From NCBI GenBank assembly GCA_016927765.1, contig JAFGMB010000236.1, forward strand, positions 1-42,958: 42,958 bases of DNA, given 5' to 3'. The first letter of the stretch is position 1, and every line of letters begins with the position of its first letter. The position numbers and the translations under genes were made by a program. This DNA is from Synergistales bacterium. Lineage in GTDB: Bacteria > Synergistota > Synergistia > Synergistales > JAFGMB01. Below are positions 8,921 to 17,251 of this stretch, piece after piece. Under the pieces are notes generated by a model. It saw only the letters and a program-made list of their open reading frames with translations, ran no database searches and had not been told where the DNA came from.

Positions 8921-9975
8921 TCTCCATGGAGCCCTGCAGGAGAAAACTCAAGGTCCTCCTCATAGGTTTCGGTAACGTGGGAAGGCAATTGGCAAAAATA
9001 CTCACCAGGGAAAGAGACCACTTCCCCGGCCTTTCCCCTCTGGAACTCAAATTTGTGGCGATTATCGGAAGATCCAAAGGAAGCCTGGTGAACCAGGATA
9101 AAGGGATCGATCTTCATAAGGCCCTGGAGGAAGTAGAGAATCATGGTACCTTTGATCCTGCGAACCCCGACAGGACAGACATGACCGGCCTGGAGGCTGC
9201 TGCATCCCTTGATTACGATGTCCTCATCGAGCTTTCCACTCTTTCCATTGAGAACCGGGGAGAACCAGCTATAAGCCATATCAGGACAGCACTCGCAAGA
9301 GGTTCTCATGCCATTTCAGCCAACAAGGGCCCTGTGGCCTTCGCATTGAAGGACCTCCAGGATCTGGCACATATGAACAATTGTTCATTCCTTTACGAAA
9401 CCACGGTCATGGATGGAGCACCGGTCTTCAAAATGGCCAGATGCTCCCTGAAAGGATGCACCATTAAAGGGATAGACGGCATCCTCAACTCCACCACTAA
9501 TTACATCCTTACCAGGATGGAAGAGGGCCAGTCCCTTGAAGGAGCTGTAAAGGAAGCCCAGGATATAGGAGTGGCGGAAGCAGATCCCAGCCATGACCTC
9601 GAAGGCTGGGACCCTGCTGCCAAGATATCGGTCCTGGCCAATTCACTGATGGGAGCGTCCATAACACCCTACGAAGTTGACAGGACCGGAATTACCCATT
9701 TGAAAGTGGAAGATGTAAGACAGGCATCAATTTCCGGGAAAAAACTGAAGCTCCTCTGCCGAGCCTGGCGCGAGGCAGGGATGGTCAAGGCAAGCGTTAA
9801 GGTTGAGGAAATACCCGCCCTACATCATTATGCTTCGGTTACGGGGGGCGGGGCCGTGATAAGGATAGAAACGGATCTGATGGGGCCCATACTCATAACC
9901 CAGGAAGACCCCACCCTTTACGACACGGCTTATGGCGTACTGAGCGATCTTATGACATTGACCTGCGGATACTGA
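8917..9975 (+). CDS. homoserine dehydrogenase-family NAD(P)-binding protein (no ACT domain)
   Basis: An N-terminal Rossmann motif (LLIGFGNVGRQLAKIL) is present, with a central SANKGP and a C-terminal catalytic domain. The ATGA overlap with the upstream gene suggests translational coupling. Confidence 0.7.
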   Translation: MISMEPCRRKLKVLLIGFGNVGRQLAKILTRERDHFPGLSPLELKFVAIIGRSKGSLVNQDKGIDLHKALEEVENHGTFDPANPDRTDMTGLEAAASLDYDVLIELSTLSIENRGEPAISHIRTALARGSHAISANKGPVAFALKDLQDLAHMNNCSFLYETTVMDGAPVFKMARCSLKGCTIKGIDGILNSTTNYILTRMEEGQSLEGAVKEAQDIGVAEADPSHDLEGWDPAAKISVLANSLMGASITPYEVDRTGITHLKVEDVRQASISGKKLKLLCRAWREAGMVKASVKVEEIPALHHYASVTGGGAVIRIETDLMGPILITQEDPTLYDTAYGVLSDLMTLTCGY

Positions 9976-10015
9976 CCCGGACTTACCTGGTCAGGTTGCA
10001 CTAATATCAGCTGAA

Positions 10016-10060
10016 GCAAAGAGAGGCAGGGTGATCACCCTGCCTCTCTTTGCTGATTTT
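10016..10060. terminator. bidirectional GC-rich hairpin terminator between convergent genes
   Basis: GCAAAGAGAGGCAGGGTGATCACCCTGCCTCTCTTTGC is a perfect 17-bp stem, followed by TGATTTT on the + strand. Confidence 0.75.
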
Positions 10061-10123
10061 CATCTATCCAGGGTGATGGATCTTCCTGATGATACTGTCA
10101 GCTGCCTTTCGCTAAATTCCCCT

Positions 10124-11026
10124 TTAATTCGATATCCTCTTTCTCCGATGGTGAAAGCAAACCGGCTTTTTCCCCCTGATCGAGAGGATCAGAAGACCTG
10201 TAAAGATCAGCATGATCCCTGCAAGTACAGGTCCGGTCACATCCTCCCCCAGAAGGAATATCCCAAGACATGAAGCGGTCAGGGGTTCTGAAAGGGTAAG
10301 GGTGTATGCCGTGGAAATCTTTATCATTGTTATTCCCAGGGCAAATAGTACATAGGGAAGGGCTGTTGCCATAAGGCTGAGATGGCTCACCACCAGGGCA
10401 CCTCCCTGAGAGAAAAACCAGGAAAGGTCCCGAAAGAGAAGGACCGGTGAAATGATCACGCTGCCCAGGAGCAGCATCATGGCTGCCTTTTCAATTGAGC
10501 TTCTGGAATCGGGGAGCATCTTCATTGAAGAACCAGCAATGGCCCATGAAAACCCTGCCCCAAGAGCAAGAAGCACCCCCGTAAATTCTATGCCTATCTC
10601 TCCGGAAGGCAATGCCAGAAGGGCACATCCTGTTACCGCAAGGATCGTAGCGAGGTACCATTTGCGATCGATCTGCTCATGAAACAACACTTTTCCCAGG
10701 ATGCCTGCAATTATGGGTGCACTTCCTATGGTTATCATGGTCCCCACGGCAACACCTGTCTTCAGAAGAGCAGCGAAGAAAAATACCTGGTAAAGTCCCA
10801 TCCCGGCAGCTGAACCCAGGGCAGCTTCCCAGGGCCATGGACCTCGAAGTATCCTGAGTCCATTTCCCGGAAGGTCCAGAACCAGAAGGAACAGACCCCC
10901 GAAGAGGATGCGTAAAAAACCCAGGGCCAGTGGATCAGTCCCGGGAGGGGCAAAGAACTGGGCCGTCCCGGTGGTACCCCAAAGAACAGCTGCGGTAATG
11001 ACATATAGATATCCTCTATTTATGAT
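10124..11026 (-). CDS. EamA/DMT-family transporter (10-TM exporter type), probable non-canonical ATC/ATA start
   Basis: The tracked ORF 10124..10801 continues in frame upstream as (I)INRGYLYVITAAVLWGTTGTAQFF..., a typical EamA TM1. There is no ATG, GTG or TTG in that frame. GGAGG at 11036..11032 lies 5 nt before ATC 11026. The resulting 300 aa matches the usual family size. Confidence 0.7.
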   Translation of the reverse strand: MINRGYLYVITAAVLWGTTGTAQFFAPPGTDPLALGFLRILFGGLFLLVLDLPGNGLRILRGPWPWEAALGSAAGMGLYQVFFFAALLKTGVAVGTMITIGSAPIIAGILGKVLFHEQIDRKWYLATILAVTGCALLALPSGEIGIEFTGVLLALGAGFSWAIAGSSMKMLPDSRSSIEKAAMMLLLGSVIISPVLLFRDLSWFFSQGGALVVSHLSLMATALPYVLFALGITMIKISTAYTLTLSEPLTASCLGIFLLGEDVTGPVLAGIMLIFTGLLILSIRGKKPVCFHHRRKRISN

Positions 11027-11102
11027 CTTCTCCTCCTTGAGTTATCTTTCCGGCTTCCAGGGGAAAATTCTTCAAAAGTAATTATATCCCGACTGATGAT
11101 TT

Positions 11103-11129
11103 GGGGAGGAGGGTGGGGAGCCCTCCTCC
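11103..11129. other. GC-rich hairpin between small ORF A and the EamA gene
   Basis: GGAGGAGGG, a 7-nt loop, CCCTCCTCC. There is no U-tract on either strand. A related GGGAGGG/CCCTCCC hairpin sits in the paralogous region at 13156. Confidence 0.4.
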
Positions 11130-11353
11130 TGAGAGAGAAATAGCCCAAAGGCTGAGAAATGTGCCTCCACCAACAAAGGTCTTCCCGGTTTTTCACCAGT
11201 TAATCCGAACATCCTTTCACTTGTACCTGGATGGTGAAGATTATAAAAACGGCCTTTGTTCATCAGAACCATATTCTATTATAGAGAGGCTTGCTGAGAA
11301 ACATCGATCCACCAAAGAAAAAGCAAAACTTACAGAGATGAAAAGACTCTTCT

Positions 11354-11452
11354 TCACACTTTTCGAAATCTTGAAATGTAAGCTCCAAATAAAACACAAC
11401 CACACAGAAAAAACGCTAAACCTATTACTATCCCTAATTCTATCAGGGACAT
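11354..11452 (-). CDS. small hydrophobic peptide A (32 aa): MSLIELGIVIGLAFFLCGCVLFGAYISRFRKV
   Basis: This is below the ORF-track cutoff. AAAGGGGA lies 9-10 nt upstream of the ATG. It is paralogous to peptide B at 13232..13315, with synonymous differences. A GATAAT -10 box at 11536..11531 has the same spacing as in copy B. Confidence 0.5.
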   Translation of the reverse strand: MSLIELGIVIGLAFFLCGCVLFGAYISRFRKV

Positions 11453-11652
11453 TTCCCCATATCCCCTTTCAGGTTTTCAACAAAACCTCTTCCGGGAAAC
11501 CAGCAAAAGGAATATTGTTTCTACTTCAGAATTATCGGCAGGTCCAATTGGATAATCATCATTACCGAACATCAAAAAAGACCCGGAAGTAACCAGGGTA
11601 TTTGTTTTTGATAAACAATAAATGTATTATTTATTAAAAGAGGGGCGGTGAA

Positions 11653-12840
11653 ATGGTCATGCTTGAAAAATACGCTCAGGAGATCTCTGACACTACTGCA
11701 AAGATCATTGGATACGGCGTCCTGGTCACTGACAGGGATGGGATCGTCATAGGCAGCAGTGATCCTGAAAGAATGGGTCAGTCAATATATGAAGTACCTG
11801 AAGTGATAAGTTCCAGGAAAGGTTATATCGTCACCGAAGAGGAGGCCGAAAGGGTTAAAAATACTAAAGCAGGAGTAACCTACCCCATTGAGGATAGTGA
11901 TGGACATATCATAGGGACCATAGCCATCACGGGAGACCCTGACAAAGTTGATCCTTTTGCTCTTATCGTCCGGAAACAGGCTGAAATGTACCTGAGGGAA
12001 AAAGCTATTCTTGAAAATTCCCTTTACCGGGAAAAAACCCTTCAGAACATTATCAAGGACATCCTGGCCCTGGATCCCAGGGTTACAGGGAAAGCCTCTC
12101 TTGCTGAGAAATTAAGGGAATTCGGCTACACTGAAAGAAAGCCTTACATTGCGACCTTTCTGGATTACCAGTTCCCGCTGTCTAAAACACTTCTCGGCCA
12201 GGAATCTGTGCTTCATAGCAGGGCCCTATCTCTAACCAGAAGTGCCTTCCGGAATGACAATGACATTTCCGTAGGTATAGGGGGAAATTCAATCCTTATT
12301 TTTCATGCCTTGACCGAAAATGACACTGACCCGAAGAATTCTTCCAGTTTATTATCTGAAAAATGCAACTTCCTGCAGAAACAGATGGCAACCCACAAGA
12401 TCTCTGCTTCCTTCGGGATAGGTTCCCCCGTTTCAGATCTTGACGGGTGGCACACTTCCTATTCCGAGGCACGGGAGGTCCTTGAACGAGGAAAGATCTT
12501 CCACCCCTCCAGGACGATCTTCTCCATCTCGGAACATCGTTTCCATGAACTGATCGCCACCACTAAAAGGGAGACCCGGGAGCATTTTGTAAGAAAATAT
12601 TTAATGGGACTTGAAAAACAGAAGGATTCCAGGGAATTGAAGGAAACCATTCAGAGCTGGTGTGAAAACAGTTTCTCCGGGAAAGATACCGCGGAAGCCA
12701 TGCACATTCACAGGAATACGCTTCAATACAGGATAAGAAAGCTCGAACACCTCTATGGGTTCAGCATGAGGGATTTCACCCGCATGATGGAACTGTACCT
12801 GGCCCTCCAGCTGGAAAAACTTTCCCTTCATCAAAAATAA
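11653..12840 (+). CDS. CdaR/PucR-family transcriptional regulator (sugar-diacid-recognition-like N-domain plus C-terminal PucR HTH), copy 1
   Basis: The N-terminus is MLEKYAQEI...GYGVLVTDRDGIVIGSSDPERMGQ and the C-terminus is DTAEAMHIHRNTLQYRIRKLE, which is the PucR HTH signature. Confidence 0.85.
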   Translation: MVMLEKYAQEISDTTAKIIGYGVLVTDRDGIVIGSSDPERMGQSIYEVPEVISSRKGYIVTEEEAERVKNTKAGVTYPIEDSDGHIIGTIAITGDPDKVDPFALIVRKQAEMYLREKAILENSLYREKTLQNIIKDILALDPRVTGKASLAEKLREFGYTERKPYIATFLDYQFPLSKTLLGQESVLHSRALSLTRSAFRNDNDISVGIGGNSILIFHALTENDTDPKNSSSLLSEKCNFLQKQMATHKISASFGIGSPVSDLDGWHTSYSEAREVLERGKIFHPSRTIFSISEHRFHELIATTKRETREHFVRKYLMGLEKQKDSRELKETIQSWCENSFSGKDTAEAMHIHRNTLQYRIRKLEHLYGFSMRDFTRMMELYLALQLEKLSLHQK

Positions 12841-13155
12841 TGTTGATCCAGCCAGAGTGGCCTGTTCATCTACCCTGAGATATTGAGTTGCTTAGAGGAC
12901 TAGTGATCTGAAAGGACTCCTCATAAATGTTCATGGGGATGAATGGACAGGTGGAGACAAGAAAATCTCACGGGAAAAAAGAAAGATCCGCCTTCTGGAA
13001 GAGGGAAAGACCCGGAAAACCTTCTTACAGGATCGACTTTACGATAAGCAGAGATTTATGAAGGAAGCCCCTGTCCTTTTGTTGTTCCATGCAGTTTATC
13101 CCAGAAGAATAGGGATTTATTGTGCATAGTGACTATATGAAATACCCAATGAGGT

Positions 13156-13198
13156 GACAGGGGAGGGTTTGGGGCCCCTCCCCTGTCAAGTAGTTTTT
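13156..13198 (+). terminator. hairpin terminator downstream of CdaR copy 1; also lies 45 nt past peptide B on the opposite strand
   Basis: GACAGGGGAGGG, an 8-nt loop, CCCTCCCCTGTC, then AAGTAGTTTTT. Confidence 0.55.
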
Positions 13199-13231
13199 CT
13201 CAAAGGATCAAGAAAAGTCAGTTAAAGTAGT

Positions 13232-13315
13232 TCAATTCTTTTTAAGTCCGAAAGTGTAGGACCCATAGATCAATACAACTAATCCTATAGTCGATACCCA
13301 CTCTATCATAGACAT
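13232..13315 (-). CDS. small hydrophobic peptide B (27 aa): MSMIEWVSTIGLVVLIYGSYTFGLKKN
   Basis: This is below the ORF-track cutoff. AAAGGAGAG lies 9 nt upstream of the ATG, and a TATAAT -10 box is at 13399..13394. It shares MS(L/M)IE..IGL..G..FG and a basic tail with peptide A. Confidence 0.5.
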   Translation of the reverse strand: MSMIEWVSTIGLVVLIYGSYTFGLKKN

Positions 13316-13522
13316 TGTTTCATCTCTCCTTTCAGCATTCTGGAAAACCTTTTTTCAGAACCTGTCGAAAATCCCTATCTCTTACAGTTCAGAATTATAG
13401 ACAAGCCAAAGATCATATTCATCGTATATGGCGTTAGAAAAAATGGATTTAAGAAATGAATTTATTTGTACTTGGTGCCTAAAAAGTGTATCCTTTCCCT
13501 GGAGAAAGGCGGTGGAACACCC

Positions 13523-14710
13523 ATGCTTGAAAAATACGCACAGGAAATGGCTGACTCCACGTCAAGGATCATCGGTCATCATGTTCATATAACCGACAAG
13601 GACGGACTGGTCATTGGAACAAGCAAACCAGAAAGGTTGGGCCATGTTCTTTTTGAGGTACCCCAGGTAGTCCGATCCCGAAAAGGATGCTTAATAAGTG
13701 AGGAAGAGGCTCAGAAATTACCTGACACCCTTGCTGGAGCAACCTATCCCATATACGGTTTAGATGGGCAGATAGCAGGAGCCATTTGCATTCTTGGAGA
13801 TCCTGAAAAGGTAAACTGTTTTGCTCTTATCGTCCAGAAACAGGCAGAGATGTACCTCAGGGAGATGGCCTTCCAGGAAAATGCCCTGTACCAGGAAAGG
13901 ACCATCCAGGCACTGTTGAAGGATATACTGGCTTTCGACCCCAGGATCGCCCCGGCAGAACCTCTTTTGCGAAAGGCCACGGAGTTCGGCTATGAGCCGA
14001 ACAGGAGATATGTTGCAATTTTCATGGACTACCAGTTTTCATCTACTGATATCCCTGACAGGAACAAACCTGTTCTTCACAGTCGGACGCTGTCAATTGT
14101 GAGAAGCATTTTCCAGGGTAAGAATGATATGTCTGCCGGCATCAGGGAAAATGCCATCCTTATCTTCCACGCTTTGGGAGAAGAAAGAATTGAAACAGAA
14201 ACTGAAATGAAAGCATTGTCGGAGAAATGCGGGGGCCTTCAGGGCCAATTGAAAAACCACGATATTTCTGCTTCCTTCGGGATCGGCTCTCCAGTTTCAG
14301 ACCTTGGCGGATGCAAGACATCCTATACCGAGGCCAGGGGAGTTCTTGAAAGGGGCAGGATATTCTACCCTTCCAGGACTATCTTTTCTATATGGGAAAA
14401 CCGCTTTCATGAACTCATAGCCTCGACAGGCGAGATCCCCCGGATCGCTTTTGTCGCTGACCGCTTAGCCAGTCTGAACTCCCAGAAGGATTCAATGGAA
14501 TTGAAAGAAACCATCCAGAGCTGGTGTCAGAATAATTTCTCTGTCCAGGATACAGCAAGGGTTCTGCATATCCACAGGAATACCCTTTATTACAGGATCC
14601 ATAAGATCGAAAATCTATATGATTGTTCCATGAGAAATTTTACCCGGATGATGGAACTTTACCTGGCCCTGAATTTGGAAAAGATAGAACTCTCGAGATC
14701 CTCCATGTGA
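13523..14710 (+). CDS. CdaR/PucR-family transcriptional regulator, copy 2 (clearly related to copy 1 in an unquantified by-eye alignment)
   Basis: The N-terminus is MLEKYAQEM... and the C-terminus is DTARVLHIHRNTLYYRIHKIE. ATG 13523 is preferred over the tracked TTG 13466. Confidence 0.85.
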   Translation: MLEKYAQEMADSTSRIIGHHVHITDKDGLVIGTSKPERLGHVLFEVPQVVRSRKGCLISEEEAQKLPDTLAGATYPIYGLDGQIAGAICILGDPEKVNCFALIVQKQAEMYLREMAFQENALYQERTIQALLKDILAFDPRIAPAEPLLRKATEFGYEPNRRYVAIFMDYQFSSTDIPDRNKPVLHSRTLSIVRSIFQGKNDMSAGIRENAILIFHALGEERIETETEMKALSEKCGGLQGQLKNHDISASFGIGSPVSDLGGCKTSYTEARGVLERGRIFYPSRTIFSIWENRFHELIASTGEIPRIAFVADRLASLNSQKDSMELKETIQSWCQNNFSVQDTARVLHIHRNTLYYRIHKIENLYDCSMRNFTRMMELYLALNLEKIELSRSSM

Positions 14711-14727
14711 ACCTCCCCAATTCATGT

Positions 14728-14772
14728 TTATAAGAGAATATACTTGCGCACGCAAGTATATTCTCTTATAAT
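14728..14772. promoter_or_regulatory. perfect 21+21 bp palindrome (2-nt centre) embedding a TTGCGC-N17-TATAAT promoter; putative MarR operator
   Basis: TTATAAGAGAATATACTTGCG-CA-CGCAAGTATATTCTCTTATAA, with every arm position checked by hand. The -35 box is at 14744..14749 and the -10 box at 14767..14772. Confidence 0.6.
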
Positions 14773-14800
14773 GATCGAACACACAAGTATCTTGGAGGTG

Positions 14801-15232
14801 ATGGCCCTGGAAGACACCTGGACTCCGGGAAGGTACATTTCGATGATCAACCGCAAGTGCCAGTTATATCTGGATAGGATCCTTGCCCGTTACGGCCTGG
14901 GAAAGGGACTGTATCTTTCTCTTGTTGAAATTGCAAGGGAAGAGGGCATAAACCAGAGAACCCTGTCAGCAAGAGTTGTCCTGGATGAAGCCTCGGTTAC
15001 CCGCTCTGTCAGGAAACTGGTACAGAGAGATCTTGTGGAAATAATTAAAGATCCTGATGATAGCAGGGCCAAACGCCTTTTTCTCACTCAAACCGGTAGA
15101 AATGCACTTGAAAATGTAAAGGCCCATCTTGATGAATGGGATTCCATGGCCATAGACCATTTTTCAACAACAGAGAGAGAAACTCTTATTAGGCTTCTGA
15201 AAAAGATGGAATCAAACCTGCACTTGAGATAA
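14801..15232 (+). CDS. MarR-family transcriptional regulator
   Basis: The winged-HTH core is INQRTLSARVVLDEASVTRSVRKLVQRDLVEIIKDPDDSRAKRLFLTQTG. The start is uncertain: ATG 14801 has GGAGG only 2 nt upstream, and the tracked TTG 14744 lies inside the promoter. Confidence 0.75.
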   Translation: MALEDTWTPGRYISMINRKCQLYLDRILARYGLGKGLYLSLVEIAREEGINQRTLSARVVLDEASVTRSVRKLVQRDLVEIIKDPDDSRAKRLFLTQTGRNALENVKAHLDEWDSMAIDHFSTTERETLIRLLKKMESNLHLR

Positions 15233-15261
15233 AAAAGATCAAGGGATGGAGTGTGGTTATC

Positions 15262-16554
15262 ATGAATGATAGCTTCAAATTGGGAAGAGATTTTGCAATG
15301 CTTATGGACAGGGAAGATGAACTTGCCGGATACAGGGAACGTTTCTATATCCCCGGGAACGATATCTACATGGATGGTAATTCCCTTGGTTTGGCTTCAA
15401 GGGATGCCGAGAAAAGCCTTTTAAGGGTCCTGGAGGAATGGAAAACCCTCGGTATAAAGGGTTGGCTTGATGCAGAAAATCCATGGTTCTTCATACCGGA
15501 GGACCTGGGGGCAAAAATGGCTGCCCTGGTGGGAGCAAAATCCGAAGAGGTTATCATGACGGGATCCACCACCAGCAATCTCCATTCCCTAGTATCAACC
15601 TTCTACAAACCCTGGGAAGGAAGAACAAGGATCATTGCCGATGAACTCAACTTCCCCTCCGATATATATGCAATCAAAAGCCAGATCATGAATCACAACC
15701 TTGATCCTGAAGACAACCTGATCCTTGTGAAAAGCAGGGACGGCAAATACATCTATGAAGAGGATATTATGGCTGCCATGGATGAATCCGTTTCAATTGC
15801 CCTGCTTCCAGGTGTCCTGTACAGGAGCGGCCAACTTCTGGACATGAAAAGACTCACTGAATATGCCCATAGCAAAGGGATCATTATCGGATTTGACTGC
15901 GCCCATTCTGCAGGATCGGTGCCACATAAACTGCACGACTGCGATGTGGACTTCGCCTTCTGGTGCAGCTACAAGCACCTAAATGGCGGTCCTGGAAGCC
16001 CCGCTTTCCTTTATCTGAACGAAAAGCATTTTGACCGGGAACCCGGTTTGGCCGGATGGTTTGGCTATATCAAGAACAGGCAGTTCGATCTTGCCCTTGA
16101 TTTTCAGCACTCAAGGACTGCCGGAGGTTGGCAGATGGGCACACCATGCATTTTTTCCACTGCAGCCCTGGAGGGAGCCCTGAAAATATTCAGAGAGGTG
16201 GGGATCGAAGCGGTCAGAAAAAAATCCCTTAAGCTCACTTCCTATGTTATTTTCCTTGTGGACAATCTCCTTTCAGAAAAACCCTATAACTACTCCATAG
16301 GGACCCCCCGCGAAGAGGAACGTCGGGGCGGACATGTAGCGGTGGAACACAAAGAAGAAGCATGGAGGATCTGCTGTGCCCTCAAGGCTCGGGGAATAAT
16401 CCCTGATTTCAGGCCGGATTCTGTGATCAGGATCGCCCCAGTGGCCCTGTACAACACCTTCACCGAAGTTTGGGATGTGATACAGGCGCTGAAAGAGATC
16501 ATAGACAACAGGGAATTTGAGGCTTTCAGCAAAACCAGGGATGCCGTTTCCTGA
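15262..16554 (+). CDS. kynU: kynureninase (L-kynurenine hydrolase; PLP)
   Basis: The motifs YMDGNSLGL, DFAFWCSYKHLNGGPGSPAFLY (the kynureninase PLP-lysine signature) and the roughly 430-aa length all fit. ATG 15262 is preferred over GTG 15253. Confidence 0.85.
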   Translation: MNDSFKLGRDFAMLMDREDELAGYRERFYIPGNDIYMDGNSLGLASRDAEKSLLRVLEEWKTLGIKGWLDAENPWFFIPEDLGAKMAALVGAKSEEVIMTGSTTSNLHSLVSTFYKPWEGRTRIIADELNFPSDIYAIKSQIMNHNLDPEDNLILVKSRDGKYIYEEDIMAAMDESVSIALLPGVLYRSGQLLDMKRLTEYAHSKGIIIGFDCAHSAGSVPHKLHDCDVDFAFWCSYKHLNGGPGSPAFLYLNEKHFDREPGLAGWFGYIKNRQFDLALDFQHSRTAGGWQMGTPCIFSTAALEGALKIFREVGIEAVRKKSLKLTSYVIFLVDNLLSEKPYNYSIGTPREEERRGGHVAVEHKEEAWRICCALKARGIIPDFRPDSVIRIAPVALYNTFTEVWDVIQALKEIIDNREFEAFSKTRDAVS

Positions 16555-16852
16555 GAACTCCTCAAAGGATGATATGCTCGCATGAGAGGTTATCATCTCT
16601 CATAGCATTTTCGATTTCCGGTAAAAAGATATCCCCAACCCTGAAACCCATACGGGCAAGTAAAGATCCATGGAATAGGAACCCAGACTCATTGACGTCA
16701 TACTTCACTATGATAAGATGGTATTTAGCTGAATAGCAGCAGAATATTCATGTTTCCTTTATATTTTTCAGAACCTTTCGTAGAGATTTATTTTCTTGTT
16801 TTCCATCCCTGATCCTCATCTGGACCTCTTTGTTCAAAAGGGTATGGTTCCT

Positions 16853-17173
16853 ATGAAAAAAATGGCAGTTGGAATTATCACGCTTTTCCTGCTCGTTTCC
16901 AGGATACATGCAATTGAAAAAGGTAACGGGTCAGATAATTGTGGTTCACTCAATGAATACGGCATAGCACATGGAGTAATGGCATGGTTGACAGAAGAAT
17001 CCTCTGAGACTTTCAGTTGGGATAATATGGGCGCAAACATTATTCAAATGTATCTCCGTTTCAATGGGATACGAGCTGTATCTTCTGTGAAATGGGAGCC
17101 CTTGCCGGTTGAAGTTCAGGACTTCGAAACCATGGCTGAAAAACTGTTATCTGCCCTCTACAAAAAGAAATGA
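16853..17173 (+). CDS. small secreted hypothetical protein
   Basis: The N-terminus MKKMAVGIITLFLLVSRIHA looks like a signal peptide. I recognise no family, and the start is ambiguous between 16844 and 16853. Confidence 0.4.
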   Translation: MKKMAVGIITLFLLVSRIHAIEKGNGSDNCGSLNEYGIAHGVMAWLTEESSETFSWDNMGANIIQMYLRFNGIRAVSSVKWEPLPVEVQDFETMAEKLLSALYKKK

Positions 17174-17217
17174 AACAAAAGTGTTTGGAAGTGTCTTCCG
17201 GAAGGACCAACGAATAC

Positions 17218-17251
17218 AAAAAAGGAGAGATAACAGCCCTCTCCTTTTTTT
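17218..17251 (+). terminator. rho-independent terminator (A-tract/T-tract flanked)
   Basis: AAAAAAGGAGAG, a 9-nt loop, CTCTCCTTTTTTT. Confidence 0.65.

Noticed and set aside
10762-11004. 80-aa ATG-initiated ORF at the 5' end of the EamA gene
   Set aside because: It is in the +1 frame relative to a clearly EamA-like TM1 sequence. Its product is Pro/Trp/Ser-rich and non-membrane. It is best explained as an out-of-frame overlap.
11101-11592. 163-aa ORF on the + strand filling the EamA/CdaR intergenic region
   Set aside because: The sequence is low-complexity and basic with no RBS. It runs through a GC hairpin. It is overlapped on the other strand by the conserved small peptide gene and its promoter. 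The paralogous region upstream of CdaR copy 2 has no equivalent ORF.
12841-13155. Short ORFs (for example a 44-aa basic peptide starting near 12927) between CdaR copy 1 and the 13156 hairpin
   Set aside because: The RBS is weak or absent and there is no paralogous counterpart. The region looks like a 3' UTR or a decayed remnant left by the tandem duplication.
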